From an uncultured Thermococci archaeon (GTDB lineage: Archaea > Methanobacteriota_B > Thermococci > Thermococcales > Thermococcaceae), in the NCBI GenBank assembly GCA_964615185.1, contig CAZTOS010000018.1, forward strand, positions 1 to 33,059: 33,059 nucleotides of DNA, written 5' to 3'. A program made the position numbers and the translations under genes. Positions 10,060 through 19,616 of the stretch are shown piece after piece (position 1 is the stretch's first letter; the number at the start of each line of letters is the position of its first letter). The notes under the pieces were generated by a model. The model was not told the origin of the DNA. It worked only from the letters and a program-made list of their open reading frames with translations, and made no database searches.

Positions 10060-10357
10060 GGAATTTGGGAAAGAGGTTTCAAAGCTTCTGGGGGATAAAT
10101 TGGTGAGGGTTGTCCTCTTTGGGTCTGTAGCAAGAGGGGAGGAGAGGGAGAACTCGGATATTGATGTTCTAATTATAGTGAGAGGTGATTCGTGGAAAAT
10201 CCAGCAAGATGTAAGTGGGATTGTTCTCAAGTATCTTCTCAAGTATGGTGTTTATATCTCTGCCAAGGTTGTAACCAAGGAGGAATTTGAAATAATGGGG
10301 GATATACACTCCCCATTTTATCATGAGGTTCTCAGGGAGGGTATAAGGATTGCGTGA
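10034..10357 (+). CDS. Minimal nucleotidyltransferase (MNT) antitoxin
   Basis: LFGSVARGEERENSDID = GS-x10-DxD; 107 aa; directly upstream of a HEPN gene. Confidence 0.93.
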   Translation: MKDYKKIAEEFGKEVSKLLGDKLVRVVLFGSVARGEERENSDIDVLIIVRGDSWKIQQDVSGIVLKYLLKYGVYISAKVVTKEEFEIMGDIHSPFYHEVLREGIRIA

Positions 10358-10758
10358 GTTTGAGGACTACCTTCAAAAGGCTCATGAGAAGCTAAAAGCT
10401 GCAGAAATTTTATTAGGCAATGGGTTCTATGAGGATGCCATAAGTAGAGCATACTATGCAATGTTTTATGCGGCTCGAGCACTTTTATCCACTAAAAACA
10501 TTTATCCAAAAATACATAGGGGTACAGTTCAGAAATTTGGGCTTGAATTTGTAAGCAAAGGGTTAATAGAGGGGGTTTTATGCAAAGGCACTTATTGCAG
10601 TTCAGGAGAGAAGAGAAAGAGCTGATTATGATGTATATTATGTCCCAACTTTTGATGAAGCAAAGGAGATATTTGAAACTGCTTAACGTTTTGTGGAGAG
10701 AGTTGAACAAGCAATTTTGGAAATGGTGAAAAATCATGAGGGGCAAAATAAAACTTAA
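10350..10758 (+). pseudogene. HEPN-domain protein, disrupted (frameshift plus nonsense codon)
   Basis: AISRAYYAMFYAARALL HEPN motif. Removing one G from the G5 run at 10571-10575 gives EGFYAKALIAVQERRERADYDVYY (R-x-x-ADY motif), then an in-frame TAA at 10684-10686, with the frame continuing RFVERVEQAIL to TAA 10756-10758. Confidence 0.9.
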
Positions 10759-11713
10759 GCGATTTTTGGAAGAAGCAAAAGAAAAGAGATACTCTTTTCT
10801 GCTCCTATGTCATCATAATGCTGATCCAGATTCATTGGGTAGTGCGATTGCGTTTTCTAGATATCTCAACAGTATAGGTTTAGATAATCGAATTGGTGTT
10901 GCCCAAAGTGTCTCTTCTTATGCCAAGCGTTTGCTATCTTTTGCAAAAGTAGAAAAAGACCCCCAAGTTGAAGAAGACGTGATTGTCATATTTGATACTT
11001 CATCAATTGAACAGCTTGAACCAGTTGAAATTCCAAAAGACAAGTTTGTCATTGTCATTGATCATCACATCGAAAAAGAGAATCCAATAAAATCTCACAT
11101 AAGAATTGTTGATTCTTCAAGAACATCAACAGCTGAAATAGTGTGGGAGCTCTTAAAGTACTTCAACTTTTATGATGAAATTGCAGCAAAAGCAATACTT
11201 GCGGGAATAGCGACAGATACGGCTAATTTTAGATATGCAAATGCAAAGACATTCAAAACTGTAAGCGAGATTCTTGAGAGATTTCCAATCCAGATGGGAG
11301 AAATCTACAACCTAACAGCCCCAGTGAGCGATGAGAACATTGACCAAGCAAAGAGAATGGCTATTTTAAAAGCATGCCAGAGGATGGAAATTAAAAAATT
11401 CAGGAAATACATAATAGTGACATCCAAGGTTTCTGCTTATGAATCTTTAGCGTGTAAAGTCTTTCTCCAACTGGGGGCTGATGTTGCAATAGTGGGAAGT
11501 GAAAAGAAGGGTGTTAGGATTTCTGCAAGAGCAAAGGAGCATTTAGTAAAGAGAGGACTTCACTTAGGCAAAATAATGGAAAAAGTTGGCCCAATCATTG
11601 AAGGCTCAGGGGGAGGTCATGCTGGAGCAGCTGGGGCAAATGGTAGGAAAAATCTTGATGAAGCCATTAAGTTTTTAGTGAAAGAGATTGAGAAATTTTT
11701 GAGGGGGATTTAG
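10736..11713 (+). CDS. DHH/DHHA1 family phosphoesterase (NrnA-like)
   Basis: HHNADPDSLGS, FDTSS, IDHH and GGGHAGAAG motifs. Confidence 0.95.
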   Translation: MRGKIKLKRFLEEAKEKRYSFLLLCHHNADPDSLGSAIAFSRYLNSIGLDNRIGVAQSVSSYAKRLLSFAKVEKDPQVEEDVIVIFDTSSIEQLEPVEIPKDKFVIVIDHHIEKENPIKSHIRIVDSSRTSTAEIVWELLKYFNFYDEIAAKAILAGIATDTANFRYANAKTFKTVSEILERFPIQMGEIYNLTAPVSDENIDQAKRMAILKACQRMEIKKFRKYIIVTSKVSAYESLACKVFLQLGADVAIVGSEKKGVRISARAKEHLVKRGLHLGKIMEKVGPIIEGSGGGHAGAAGANGRKNLDEAIKFLVKEIEKFLRGI

Positions 11714-12040
11714 ATGGCAAGATGTCCAATATGTGGTGAGGCATTAAAATGGGAAGAGCTAATTGAGCAGATGCTTGCACTTGAAAACTTTAGTGAGCTG
11801 TTGGCTGATAAGGAGGAATTCATTTCTACATTCAAGGGATTTGTTTTCACGTGTCCATATTGTAAAGAGGAATTTTATGGTAAACATCTTGAAATCAGAG
11901 AGGCAGAAAAAATCTTTGAGCTGTTAAATGATTTTAAAGGTGGAATAGATTACGAGAACAAGAAAGTTAGGCTGAAGCTTACTAATCTGCTTGCTCTTGA
12001 CGTAATGCTTGAGGAGTGGGACAGAAGAGTTAAGCGGTGA
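11714..12040 (+). CDS. Hypothetical protein with two CxxC pairs (putative zinc binding)
   Basis: CPIC and CPYC; starts directly after the DHH stop. Confidence 0.85.
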   Translation: MARCPICGEALKWEELIEQMLALENFSELLADKEEFISTFKGFVFTCPYCKEEFYGKHLEIREAEKIFELLNDFKGGIDYENKKVRLKLTNLLALDVMLEEWDRRVKR

Positions 12041-12042
12041 AT

Positions 12043-13116
12043 ATGATGGGAGATTTCAGAAAACTCCTTAAGAACCGAAAAATAAAAGATGCCATAGAAG
12101 TCGCTCTTAAGATGGAGAATACCATTTTAAAACTTGAAGTCTTAGCTTATATCTTACGATCTGTTGACAATAGAGACCATCAGGAGTTCATTTTCTCTCA
12201 AATGTTTGAGGTTGCTGAGTCTTTGGATCACCTCCAAGACAAAGCAGTCGCCCATGCTATACTGGCATATTCTGCATATGTCATGGGAAAGGAGAAAACT
12301 GATGAGATTCTCTTTCAAAAGGCACTTGATCTTGCTAAGTCCCTGCCACATCCTTCATGGAAAGCTGAGACTTTAGCCGACATTGCATATTACATGGCAG
12401 AGGCAGATTTGTTTGAAGAAAGCTTTAAAACTTTTCTTTTGGCTTATAATGCAATATGGGGTTCAAAAGAGCCTTATTCAATTGTTGTGTCCGTTCTCTC
12501 GAATATTGCAAAGAAGTTAGTTAGAGTCGGAGACAACATTCCAAACAGGATTGCAATTCAATTTTACACCCTTGCAAAGGAGATTTACCAGTCCATTCGT
12601 TTCATGACTCAAGCAAAACTGGTTAATGAAAAAATAAAATTTGTTCAAGATGTCCTTAAACGGAAAAACTTAGCCATAACTGAATTTCTTGAGCAGGGAG
12701 ATATTGATAAGGCCATTATGTCAATAAAATATCTTGAACCAAAAGAGAGAACTTTGGCATTATTGGAGATTTCTCACTGGTTATTTTTACATAAAAAGGA
12801 CGAATTGGCAAGAAAAACCCTATTGGAAGCATTGAGAATGGTAGAGGATGGGAAGTTTAAGCCAAATGACAGAGCATTGGAAAAGCTTGTTTGGAAATTC
12901 ATGAGAATAGGGCATTGGGATGAGGCACTTAAAATAGCAAGAATTATTGGAGATAATGAAAAGGCTTCTAAAATCCTGGAGAGCATAGCTTTGACATATG
13001 CTCGCTTTGGAAAAAAGGAGAAAGCCCTTTCAATAGCTGAGAGCATTCAAAACGAAATCATTAAGAGTAAAGTTATAAAAGCTCTGAAAGGTGAGGAAGA
13101 TGTGGGACACCAGTAA
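12043..13116 (+). CDS. Hypothetical alpha-solenoid (TPR-like) protein
   Basis: Repeated A/L-rich helical units ([27 protein letters not shown]); tightly coupled to neighbours. Confidence 0.8.
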   Translation: MMGDFRKLLKNRKIKDAIEVALKMENTILKLEVLAYILRSVDNRDHQEFIFSQMFEVAESLDHLQDKAVAHAILAYSAYVMGKEKTDEILFQKALDLAKSLPHPSWKAETLADIAYYMAEADLFEESFKTFLLAYNAIWGSKEPYSIVVSVLSNIAKKLVRVGDNIPNRIAIQFYTLAKEIYQSIRFMTQAKLVNEKIKFVQDVLKRKNLAITEFLEQGDIDKAIMSIKYLEPKERTLALLEISHWLFLHKKDELARKTLLEALRMVEDGKFKPNDRALEKLVWKFMRIGHWDEALKIARIIGDNEKASKILESIALTYARFGKKEKALSIAESIQNEIIKSKVIKALKGEEDVGHQ

Positions 13117-13825
13117 GGATTATCGTTTACTCGTTGCAGAAAAAGCTGTTGAACTATTCTTGAAAACAGTTGAGCACGCCAAATTTAAAGGCAGATGGGA
13201 CAAGAAGAAGGCGATAAAGTTAGCCAAAGAAATGCTTCCTGAATTACAAGCCATGAGATACTCATACCTTGACCCCAAGGAGCTTGTTGATACTCCACAA
13301 ATGAAGACCCTTAAAGAGAAAGCTCAGGGGATAATTGAGGCATTAGGCGGAGAAGACTGGCATCACAAATTCTTAAGCTTGGCTGACAAGAACGAAAAAA
13401 AGAAAGTGGAGGAAGCAGTTGCTAAAGTTAGATTTTTCCTCAACACAATACTTAATTTGGACAAGAGATTAGCTTTAGGAAAAATCAATGACCCAGTAAT
13501 TGCCGTGGATATAAAAGTCGGTGAGGTCATGAGCGTAGGAAAGCATCCAAATGCTGACAGACTTTTGGTTTGTAACGTGAACATTGGGAATAGGGCAATA
13601 ACAGTGATAACAAACGATTTGACAGTTAAAGAAGGGAACAGGGTGGCTGTTGCTTTATTGCCACCAGCGAACTTCAGAGGAATTATCAGCGAAGGAATGT
13701 TCCTCAGTGCTGGAGAAGGAGTGCTGAAAGATGTAAAAGGGGAAATTGGAGGATTGCCTAAGGGGATTCCGCTCGATGCCTTGAAGGAGACAAGGAACTT
13801 AGTGGAGGCATTCTTGAAAAGCTGA
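13100..13825 (+). CDS. tRNA-binding protein (C-terminal Trbp111/MetRS-type OB fold)
   Basis: [35 protein letters not shown] 13100 after GGTGAGG. Confidence 0.92.
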   Translation: MWDTSKDYRLLVAEKAVELFLKTVEHAKFKGRWDKKKAIKLAKEMLPELQAMRYSYLDPKELVDTPQMKTLKEKAQGIIEALGGEDWHHKFLSLADKNEKKKVEEAVAKVRFFLNTILNLDKRLALGKINDPVIAVDIKVGEVMSVGKHPNADRLLVCNVNIGNRAITVITNDLTVKEGNRVAVALLPPANFRGIISEGMFLSAGEGVLKDVKGEIGGLPKGIPLDALKETRNLVEAFLKS

Positions 13826-13880
13826 AGAATGATGAATATGAGGGCAATGAGTGGTGATGAAATTTCCCCAATACTGATAT
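13826..13880 (+). ncRNA. Box C/D guide sRNA (putative)
   Basis: Box C ATGATGA 13829-13835, 11-nt guide, D' ATGA 13847-13850, C' GTGATGA 13854-13860, 13-nt guide, box D CTGA 13874-13877. Size and spacing are canonical for archaeal sRNAs. Confidence 0.85.
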
Positions 13881-13923
13881 GCCAAAAATCTAAATACTCT
13901 CATATCCTTAACTCTATTGTGGG

Positions 13924-15072
13924 ATGAAAATGGTAAGCTCGCACTTCAAACATATTCTCCTCAAGCTTGGGCTTGACAAAGAGAGAATAGAGATCTTAGA
14001 AATGAAAGGTGGCATAATTGAGGATGAATTTGAGGGTTTACGCTATCTTCGGTTTAAAGACTCAGCCAAAGGTTTGAGAAGAGGAACGGTTGTTTTTAAT
14101 GAATCTGACATTGTTCTTGGGTTTCCTCACATAAAGAGAATTGTTCATTTGAGAAATGGGATAAAGCGAATTTTTAAAAGCAAGCCATTCTATGTGGAGG
14201 AGAAAGTTGATGGCTACAATGTTAGAGTCGTAAAAGTTGGGGAGAAGATTTTAGCTTTAACAAGAGGTGGTTTTGTTTGTCCATTCACCACTGAAAGGAT
14301 TGAAGACTTCATAAACGAGCAGTTCTTTAGGGATTTCCCTGATTTAATTCTATGTGGAGAGATGGCAGGTCCAGAGAGTCCATATTTAGTCGAAGGTCCG
14401 CCATATGTTAAGGAGGATATTCAGTTTTTCCTCTTTGATATTCAAGAAAAGAGAACTGGAAGAAGTTTACCAGTTGAGGAAAGGATAAAGCTTGCTGAGG
14501 AGTATGGAATTAAGAGCGTTGAAGTCTTTGGAATTTACAGCTATGAGAAGCTTGATGAGCTTTACGAGTTGATTGAAGGACTTAGCAGAGAAAGGCGAGA
14601 AGGCATAGTCATGAAAAGCCCGGACATGAAGAAAATCGTGAAGTATGTAACGCCCTATGCAAATGTTAACGACATAAAGATTGGCTCAAGGGTTTTCTTT
14701 GATCTGCCTCACGGCTACTTCATGCAACGCATAAAGAGGTTGGCATTTTATATTGCAGAGAAGCGCATGAGGGGAGAGGACTTTGATGAGTATGCAAAAG
14801 CTCTTGGAAAAGCTTTGCTCCAGCCATTTGTGGAGTCAATATGGGACGTTGCGGCTGGAGAGATGATTGCTGAGATTTTCACGGTTAGGGTGAAGAGAAT
14901 TGAGACCGCTTATAAGATGGTATCCCATTTCGAGAGGATGGGGCTCAACATTCATATCGATGACATTGAGGAACTTGGCAATGGCTACTGGAAGATTACA
15001 TTCAAGAGGGTTTATGACGATGCGACAAAAGAGATTAGGGAGCTTTGGAATGGACACGCTTTTGTGGATTAA
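13924..15072 (+). CDS. ATP-dependent RNA ligase, Pab1020/Rnl3 family
   Basis: Motif I EEKVDGYN, TRGGFVCPFTT, LCGEM, FLFD, REGIVMK, IVKY; 382 aa. Confidence 0.96.
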   Translation: MKMVSSHFKHILLKLGLDKERIEILEMKGGIIEDEFEGLRYLRFKDSAKGLRRGTVVFNESDIVLGFPHIKRIVHLRNGIKRIFKSKPFYVEEKVDGYNVRVVKVGEKILALTRGGFVCPFTTERIEDFINEQFFRDFPDLILCGEMAGPESPYLVEGPPYVKEDIQFFLFDIQEKRTGRSLPVEERIKLAEEYGIKSVEVFGIYSYEKLDELYELIEGLSRERREGIVMKSPDMKKIVKYVTPYANVNDIKIGSRVFFDLPHGYFMQRIKRLAFYIAEKRMRGEDFDEYAKALGKALLQPFVESIWDVAAGEMIAEIFTVRVKRIETAYKMVSHFERMGLNIHIDDIEELGNGYWKITFKRVYDDATKEIRELWNGHAFVD

Positions 15073-15171
15073 GCGACGAAAGTGATAAATCACTGGAATG
15101 TGAGATTTTGTTGGGTAGACTATTCTTAAACATGGGGGAATATAATGTTTTTGTTCTTGCTTTTAAGAAGC

Positions 15172-15765
15172 CTAACCCTTCCCAACTTTCTCCACAAGCT
15201 CATCCAACACTTCTTTGAACTTGGCCGCATCCACCCATTTAATCCCCATCTTTTCAGCCCATGTTAAAATTCCAACATCAGCTGAAACTATTATTGCATC
15301 GAGCTCTTTAGCCAACAAAATCAGCTCAAAATCCTCTTTGCTGTCTACTATTCCTTCTCTTAGAGCCTTTCGGTAGTTTCTGCGGAGCTTTTGGATTATC
15401 TTATTAACGTTATCTGTATCGAGAACGCTCTCCCTAACAGCTTTCTCCGCAACTCTCAACCCTTTATCAATTCTCCTTCTAATGTCCTCAATCAGCTCAT
15501 AGACTACAAAAGCCGGGATTTTAATATCGTGAACATTTGGAGGCTTCTTTATTATGTAAAGCTCAACATCGGGAGAAACTTCGCTCTCTTCAACAAAGTG
15601 CATAATCTCTCTATAAATTCCGGGAGACATGTAAAACTCAACCTTACCAAACAGCTTTTCAGCGTATTCTAAAAACTTCTTCATAGCTTCAGTTGGTGTT
15701 TTGCCAAATTTTGCCCTGACATCTGGATTGACGAAAATGCTGGTATCAAGGACAAAGCGAATCAT
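15172..15765 (-). CDS. HARP, RNA-free ribonuclease P (PIN-like; 'RNA ligase partner' family)
   Basis: FVLDTS, RIDKGLRVAE, YRKALREGIVDSKEDFELILLA, SAD motifs. Confidence 0.95.
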   Translation of the reverse strand: MIRFVLDTSIFVNPDVRAKFGKTPTEAMKKFLEYAEKLFGKVEFYMSPGIYREIMHFVEESEVSPDVELYIIKKPPNVHDIKIPAFVVYELIEDIRRRIDKGLRVAEKAVRESVLDTDNVNKIIQKLRRNYRKALREGIVDSKEDFELILLAKELDAIIVSADVGILTWAEKMGIKWVDAAKFKEVLDELVEKVGKG

Positions 15766-15818
15766 TGCAACCACAAGTTTATTTAGTTCTTTTTGGTTTA
15801 AAATCCTTAGGTGATAAA

Positions 15819-17027
15819 ATGAAAGTTGGAGTTGTCTTTGGGGTTAGCGAAATCGCAGATCCAAAAAAGTTTGAGAAAAAAGCGTCGCAGTTTTTAACAA
15901 GACTTTCTGAGGAGTTTGAAGTTGTTGGTGGGGCATTTATTTCGACAAAAAAAGAGTTCAAAGACCTTAAGGAGGAAATAGACTTCAATAAGGTTGATGC
16001 AATTGTTTTATACCCATTAACCGGTGGAACTGAGAATCCTCTGAAGGAGTTTGCAATCTACAGAAAGCCGGTGATTCTCTTTGGTGATCCTTTCAACAAC
16101 TCAATAGCAGCTGCCGTGGAGATTAGAGAATACCTTAGGGACAGGCTTATACCTTCAACACTGGTTACAAGTTATGAAGAGCTTAAAGCAGCCCTTCTTG
16201 GCCATGAGGACATGAAGGAAGTACTCAATAAGTTCCTAAACTTGAGACTCGGTTTGATTGGTAGAATCTCTCCATGGCTCATTAATGAGAAGTTTGAGCT
16301 GCCTTATGTCCATATAAGCTTGAAGAAGTTTTATGAATACTATGAATCTGTAACTGAGGCAGAAGGATGGAAAGTTGTTGAGAACATTGTTGCAAAAGCG
16401 AGAGAAATTAGAGAGCCCAACAGGGAAGACCTTGTAAAGGCTGGCAGAATTTATGTTGCACTGAGGAGAATTGTTGAAGATTACAGACTTGATGGCTTCA
16501 CAATAGGCTGCTTTGATTTAATTGGGAAGATTAAAGCAACACCATGCTTGGCATTAGCGTTATTTAACGCAGAGGGAATCCCAGCGGCTTGCGAAGGAGA
16601 GCTAAACTCGCTCCTTGCGATGGCAATAATTAGAAGATTTTTCAATAAACCTGCTTTCATGGGAAACATAGCTGACTACGGCGATGACTACATAATCTTA
16701 GCCCACTGTACGGCTCCTCTGATTGCGGGCTATATTCTAAGATCTCACTTTGAGAGTGGCATGGGAGTTGGCGTAGAGGTGGATTTGCCCAAGAAAAAAG
16801 CTTCTCTCCTTAAGATAAGAGGAAGAAAAGCTGTTGTGACCAGTGTTATGGTAGCTGAAAGAGAAAGAAGCGAGCAGAGATGCAGAACTCAGCTTAAGCT
16901 CAAGATTGAAGATGCTAAAGACTTTGTGGATGGCACATTAGGAAATCATCATCTTTTGGTCTATGTGGACAGCGAAGAGCTGGCAGATCTGTTAAGTGAG
17001 CTTGGCTTTGAGGTCATGTTATATTGA
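15819..17027 (+). CDS. L-fucose/L-arabinose isomerase-like protein
   Basis: TPCLA, ACEGE, LAHCTAP, CRTQL, LGNH motifs; ATG 15819 after AGGTGA. Confidence 0.8.
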   Translation: MKVGVVFGVSEIADPKKFEKKASQFLTRLSEEFEVVGGAFISTKKEFKDLKEEIDFNKVDAIVLYPLTGGTENPLKEFAIYRKPVILFGDPFNNSIAAAVEIREYLRDRLIPSTLVTSYEELKAALLGHEDMKEVLNKFLNLRLGLIGRISPWLINEKFELPYVHISLKKFYEYYESVTEAEGWKVVENIVAKAREIREPNREDLVKAGRIYVALRRIVEDYRLDGFTIGCFDLIGKIKATPCLALALFNAEGIPAACEGELNSLLAMAIIRRFFNKPAFMGNIADYGDDYIILAHCTAPLIAGYILRSHFESGMGVGVEVDLPKKKASLLKIRGRKAVVTSVMVAERERSEQRCRTQLKLKIEDAKDFVDGTLGNHHLLVYVDSEELADLLSELGFEVMLY

Positions 17028-17031
17028 CGTT

Positions 17032-17217
17032 TTATTTTTCAAATATTTTTGCCAGAAACCCTTTTATCTTTGAAATAATCGGTTCATATTCGCTGTTCTC
17101 AGAAACAACATTTTGTTGATATTCCTTTGCCCATAACTCGGCGTCTTTCCTCTTCATTTCATAACGTGATGTTGGATCTTTTATTGCCCCACTTATGCTG
17201 GGACTCAGGGATACCAC
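17032..17217 (-). CDS. Small hypothetical protein
   Basis: 61 aa ORF filling an otherwise empty gap, with protein-like composition and an amphipathic C-terminus; start codon uncertain. Confidence 0.5.
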   Translation of the reverse strand: MVSLSPSISGAIKDPTSRYEMKRKDAELWAKEYQQNVVSENSEYEPIISKIKGFLAKIFEK

Positions 17218-17322
17218 CAGAGTTTATTACCCTCACATTACTTAAAACTCTATGCTCTATAGCCAATGAGAGAGCATACAAAACTTCAGAAGCTTCACTC
17301 AAAATATTAAGAAAAAGAAAGG

Positions 17323-19614
17323 TCAAGATTTTCTGGCATATATCATAATACCAATAATTGAAATCACAACCAATGCTACTGGGATTGGATGTAATGTTGC
17401 TCCAGCAAGTGCTAAGGCACCAAGTATAACTCTTATCTCCTTTCTTAATGGTTTCTTGTAATAACCTATAATCGCCATTGCCAAGAGATACATTATGAGT
17501 ATTGTTGCTATGAAGTAATAGAGTATCCTAAGTGCAACTCCCGGAGTCCAGTGCTGAACTGTAATGAGGAACATCTCTGGATGAGTGAAATATATGTATG
17601 GTCCGATATAACCAGCTAAAGCATATTTTACCGAGTTAGTTGCTGTCTTCCAGAAGTCTCCTCCAGCCAATGCTGAACCTGCATATGCTGCCAACGCAAC
17701 TGGGGGTGTCAAGTCTGCAAGTATACCAAAGTAGAACACGAAGAAGTGAGCAGCAAGAAGGGCTATTGGTGTTGTATAACCTGGAACTGATGCAGAATAA
17801 ACTGGATTGCTTGCTACAGCGTTAAAGACTGCTGGGGCTGCTACTAATGATGTAATGACATAGTTTGCAGTTGTCGGCACACCCATACCAAGAATGAGGC
17901 TGAATATCATTGCCATCATTAAGAGCAACAGCAGATGTCCTCCAGCCAAGTCAACAAGCTTGTATCCAAGGGACGTAACCAGTCCGGTCATTGTTAGGAC
18001 ACCTTGGATTAAACCCGCACTTGCTGCAGCGAGCATAACCGTTGTGCTTGTTTTACCAGCGCTTATCATAGATTCGTAAGTTGCTGAATACATTGCCTTA
18101 CCGCCTTCTGTCTTGGATATGTAGCCGACTATCAAAGAGAAAATTATTCCAAAGATACCGCTCATTAAGAGGATTTCCTCTTTCCTCATGTAAAGGAGCT
18201 TTCCAAGTGCCACAAGGAAGATAAATAGAATGCTTATGTAAAACTTTTCATTGAACTGCACCTTTTCTGTTGCAAATGCCATAGCAATTAAAGCCAATCC
18301 AAGAATTAGGAGAATAATTCCAACAGGTTTTGCAATTTCTTTACCTGTAAACATTAAGAGGGTCGTAATGAGAACTGTTGCCACATAAAGTGGTTCATGT
18401 CCTGGAATTTCATCTTTTGAAACCCATGCAACCCAGATTGCAATACCTAATGAGGAAACTGCTGCAATGTGTGGTGCAATACCCCATACCAACGCAACGG
18501 TAATCACAATAATTGGTAGCAGTATGTAGAGCTTCCTTAGGAAGTATCTAATGGGCTTAAACTGCTCTCTTGGCATTCCCTTTAAACCTAAGCGCTTGGT
18601 TTCAAGGTCAATGAATAAATAGACACCTGAATAGTAAATCAACGCTGGCAACACTGCTGCAATGATAAGCTTGTTATATGGAATCCCAAGAAACTGGGCC
18701 ATAATGAACGCAGCAGCTCCCATTACTGGTGGCATCAGCTGTCCTCCTGTTGAAGCCACAGGCTCGACAGCACCGGCTATCTCCGGTGGATAACCAGCTT
18801 TTTTCATCAGCGGGATTGTAAAGGTTCCTGTTGTTAAAACATTGGCAACTGAACTTCCACTTACTGTTCCCATTAGACCACTTGAAATAACTGCTGACTT
18901 TGCTGGACCACCTGGTCTTGGTCCAAAGATGGATATCATGAACTCTGTAATATAGTCGCTAACTCCAATTTTCAGCAGGAATGCACCAAAGAACACGAAC
19001 GCAAAGACGTAAATTGTCATAACGTAAAATGGGATACCGAAAATACCTTGATCAAGGTAAAGATACTGGGCTATACGGGTCCAGTTATAGCCTGCATCCC
19101 TTATACCATATAAAATGAACACAGCGACGATTGTTGGCAGAATCCATCCTATTGCTCTTCTTGTGGCTTCTAAGACCAAGATTATGGCGAGGAAACCAAA
19201 TATAACATCAGTCTGGTTAACATCATAGTAGACCATGTAAGTTGGCCATCGCCAGAACTTGTACAGTGCGGCTGCTAATCCGAGGAGTATTAGGATGTAA
19301 TCTATCAACTGCACTTTTTTGAGGTACTTGTCCTTCTTCATTATTGGGTATCTAAGGAATGCTATAACGAATATCATACCCAAGACGAATGCCATCACTT
19401 GCTGATCTTGGAAGTCAAACTTCAGTATCCCAATTCTTATACCCAATTTGTCAAAGAGGGAATATACCGTAAAAGTAAAGTTGAATATAAATAGAATTTC
19501 AAAGATACCAATGAGTATTGCTGCTGCCTTTACTATATTCTCCAGTTTTGGGGAGAGCGTTCTTGTTTTTTCAATCACTATCTTCTTTTCGATTTTTTCA
19601 AGGTTTTCTCCCAT
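17323..19614 (-). CDS. TAXI-type TRAP transporter fused permease (4TM/12TM)
   Basis: GSSVANV, ASTGGQLMPPVMGAAAF, LGMGVPTTANY, DLTPPVALAAYA motifs; ATG 19614 after GGAGGTG. Confidence 0.96.
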   Translation of the reverse strand: MGENLEKIEKKIVIEKTRTLSPKLENIVKAAAILIGIFEILFIFNFTFTVYSLFDKLGIRIGILKFDFQDQQVMAFVLGMIFVIAFLRYPIMKKDKYLKKVQLIDYILILLGLAAALYKFWRWPTYMVYYDVNQTDVIFGFLAIILVLEATRRAIGWILPTIVAVFILYGIRDAGYNWTRIAQYLYLDQGIFGIPFYVMTIYVFAFVFFGAFLLKIGVSDYITEFMISIFGPRPGGPAKSAVISSGLMGTVSGSSVANVLTTGTFTIPLMKKAGYPPEIAGAVEPVASTGGQLMPPVMGAAAFIMAQFLGIPYNKLIIAAVLPALIYYSGVYLFIDLETKRLGLKGMPREQFKPIRYFLRKLYILLPIIVITVALVWGIAPHIAAVSSLGIAIWVAWVSKDEIPGHEPLYVATVLITTLLMFTGKEIAKPVGIILLILGLALIAMAFATEKVQFNEKFYISILFIFLVALGKLLYMRKEEILLMSGIFGIIFSLIVGYISKTEGGKAMYSATYESMISAGKTSTTVMLAAASAGLIQGVLTMTGLVTSLGYKLVDLAGGHLLLLLMMAMIFSLILGMGVPTTANYVITSLVAAPAVFNAVASNPVYSASVPGYTTPIALLAAHFFVFYFGILADLTPPVALAAYAGSALAGGDFWKTATNSVKYALAGYIGPYIYFTHPEMFLITVQHWTPGVALRILYYFIATILIMYLLAMAIIGYYKKPLRKEIRVILGALALAGATLHPIPVALVVISIIGIMIYARKS

Positions 19615-19616
19615 AA

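Noticed and set aside
15081..15094. Palindrome AGTGAT-AA-ATCACT between the ligase and HARP genes
   Set aside because: Only a 6-bp arm, between convergent genes; expected by chance.
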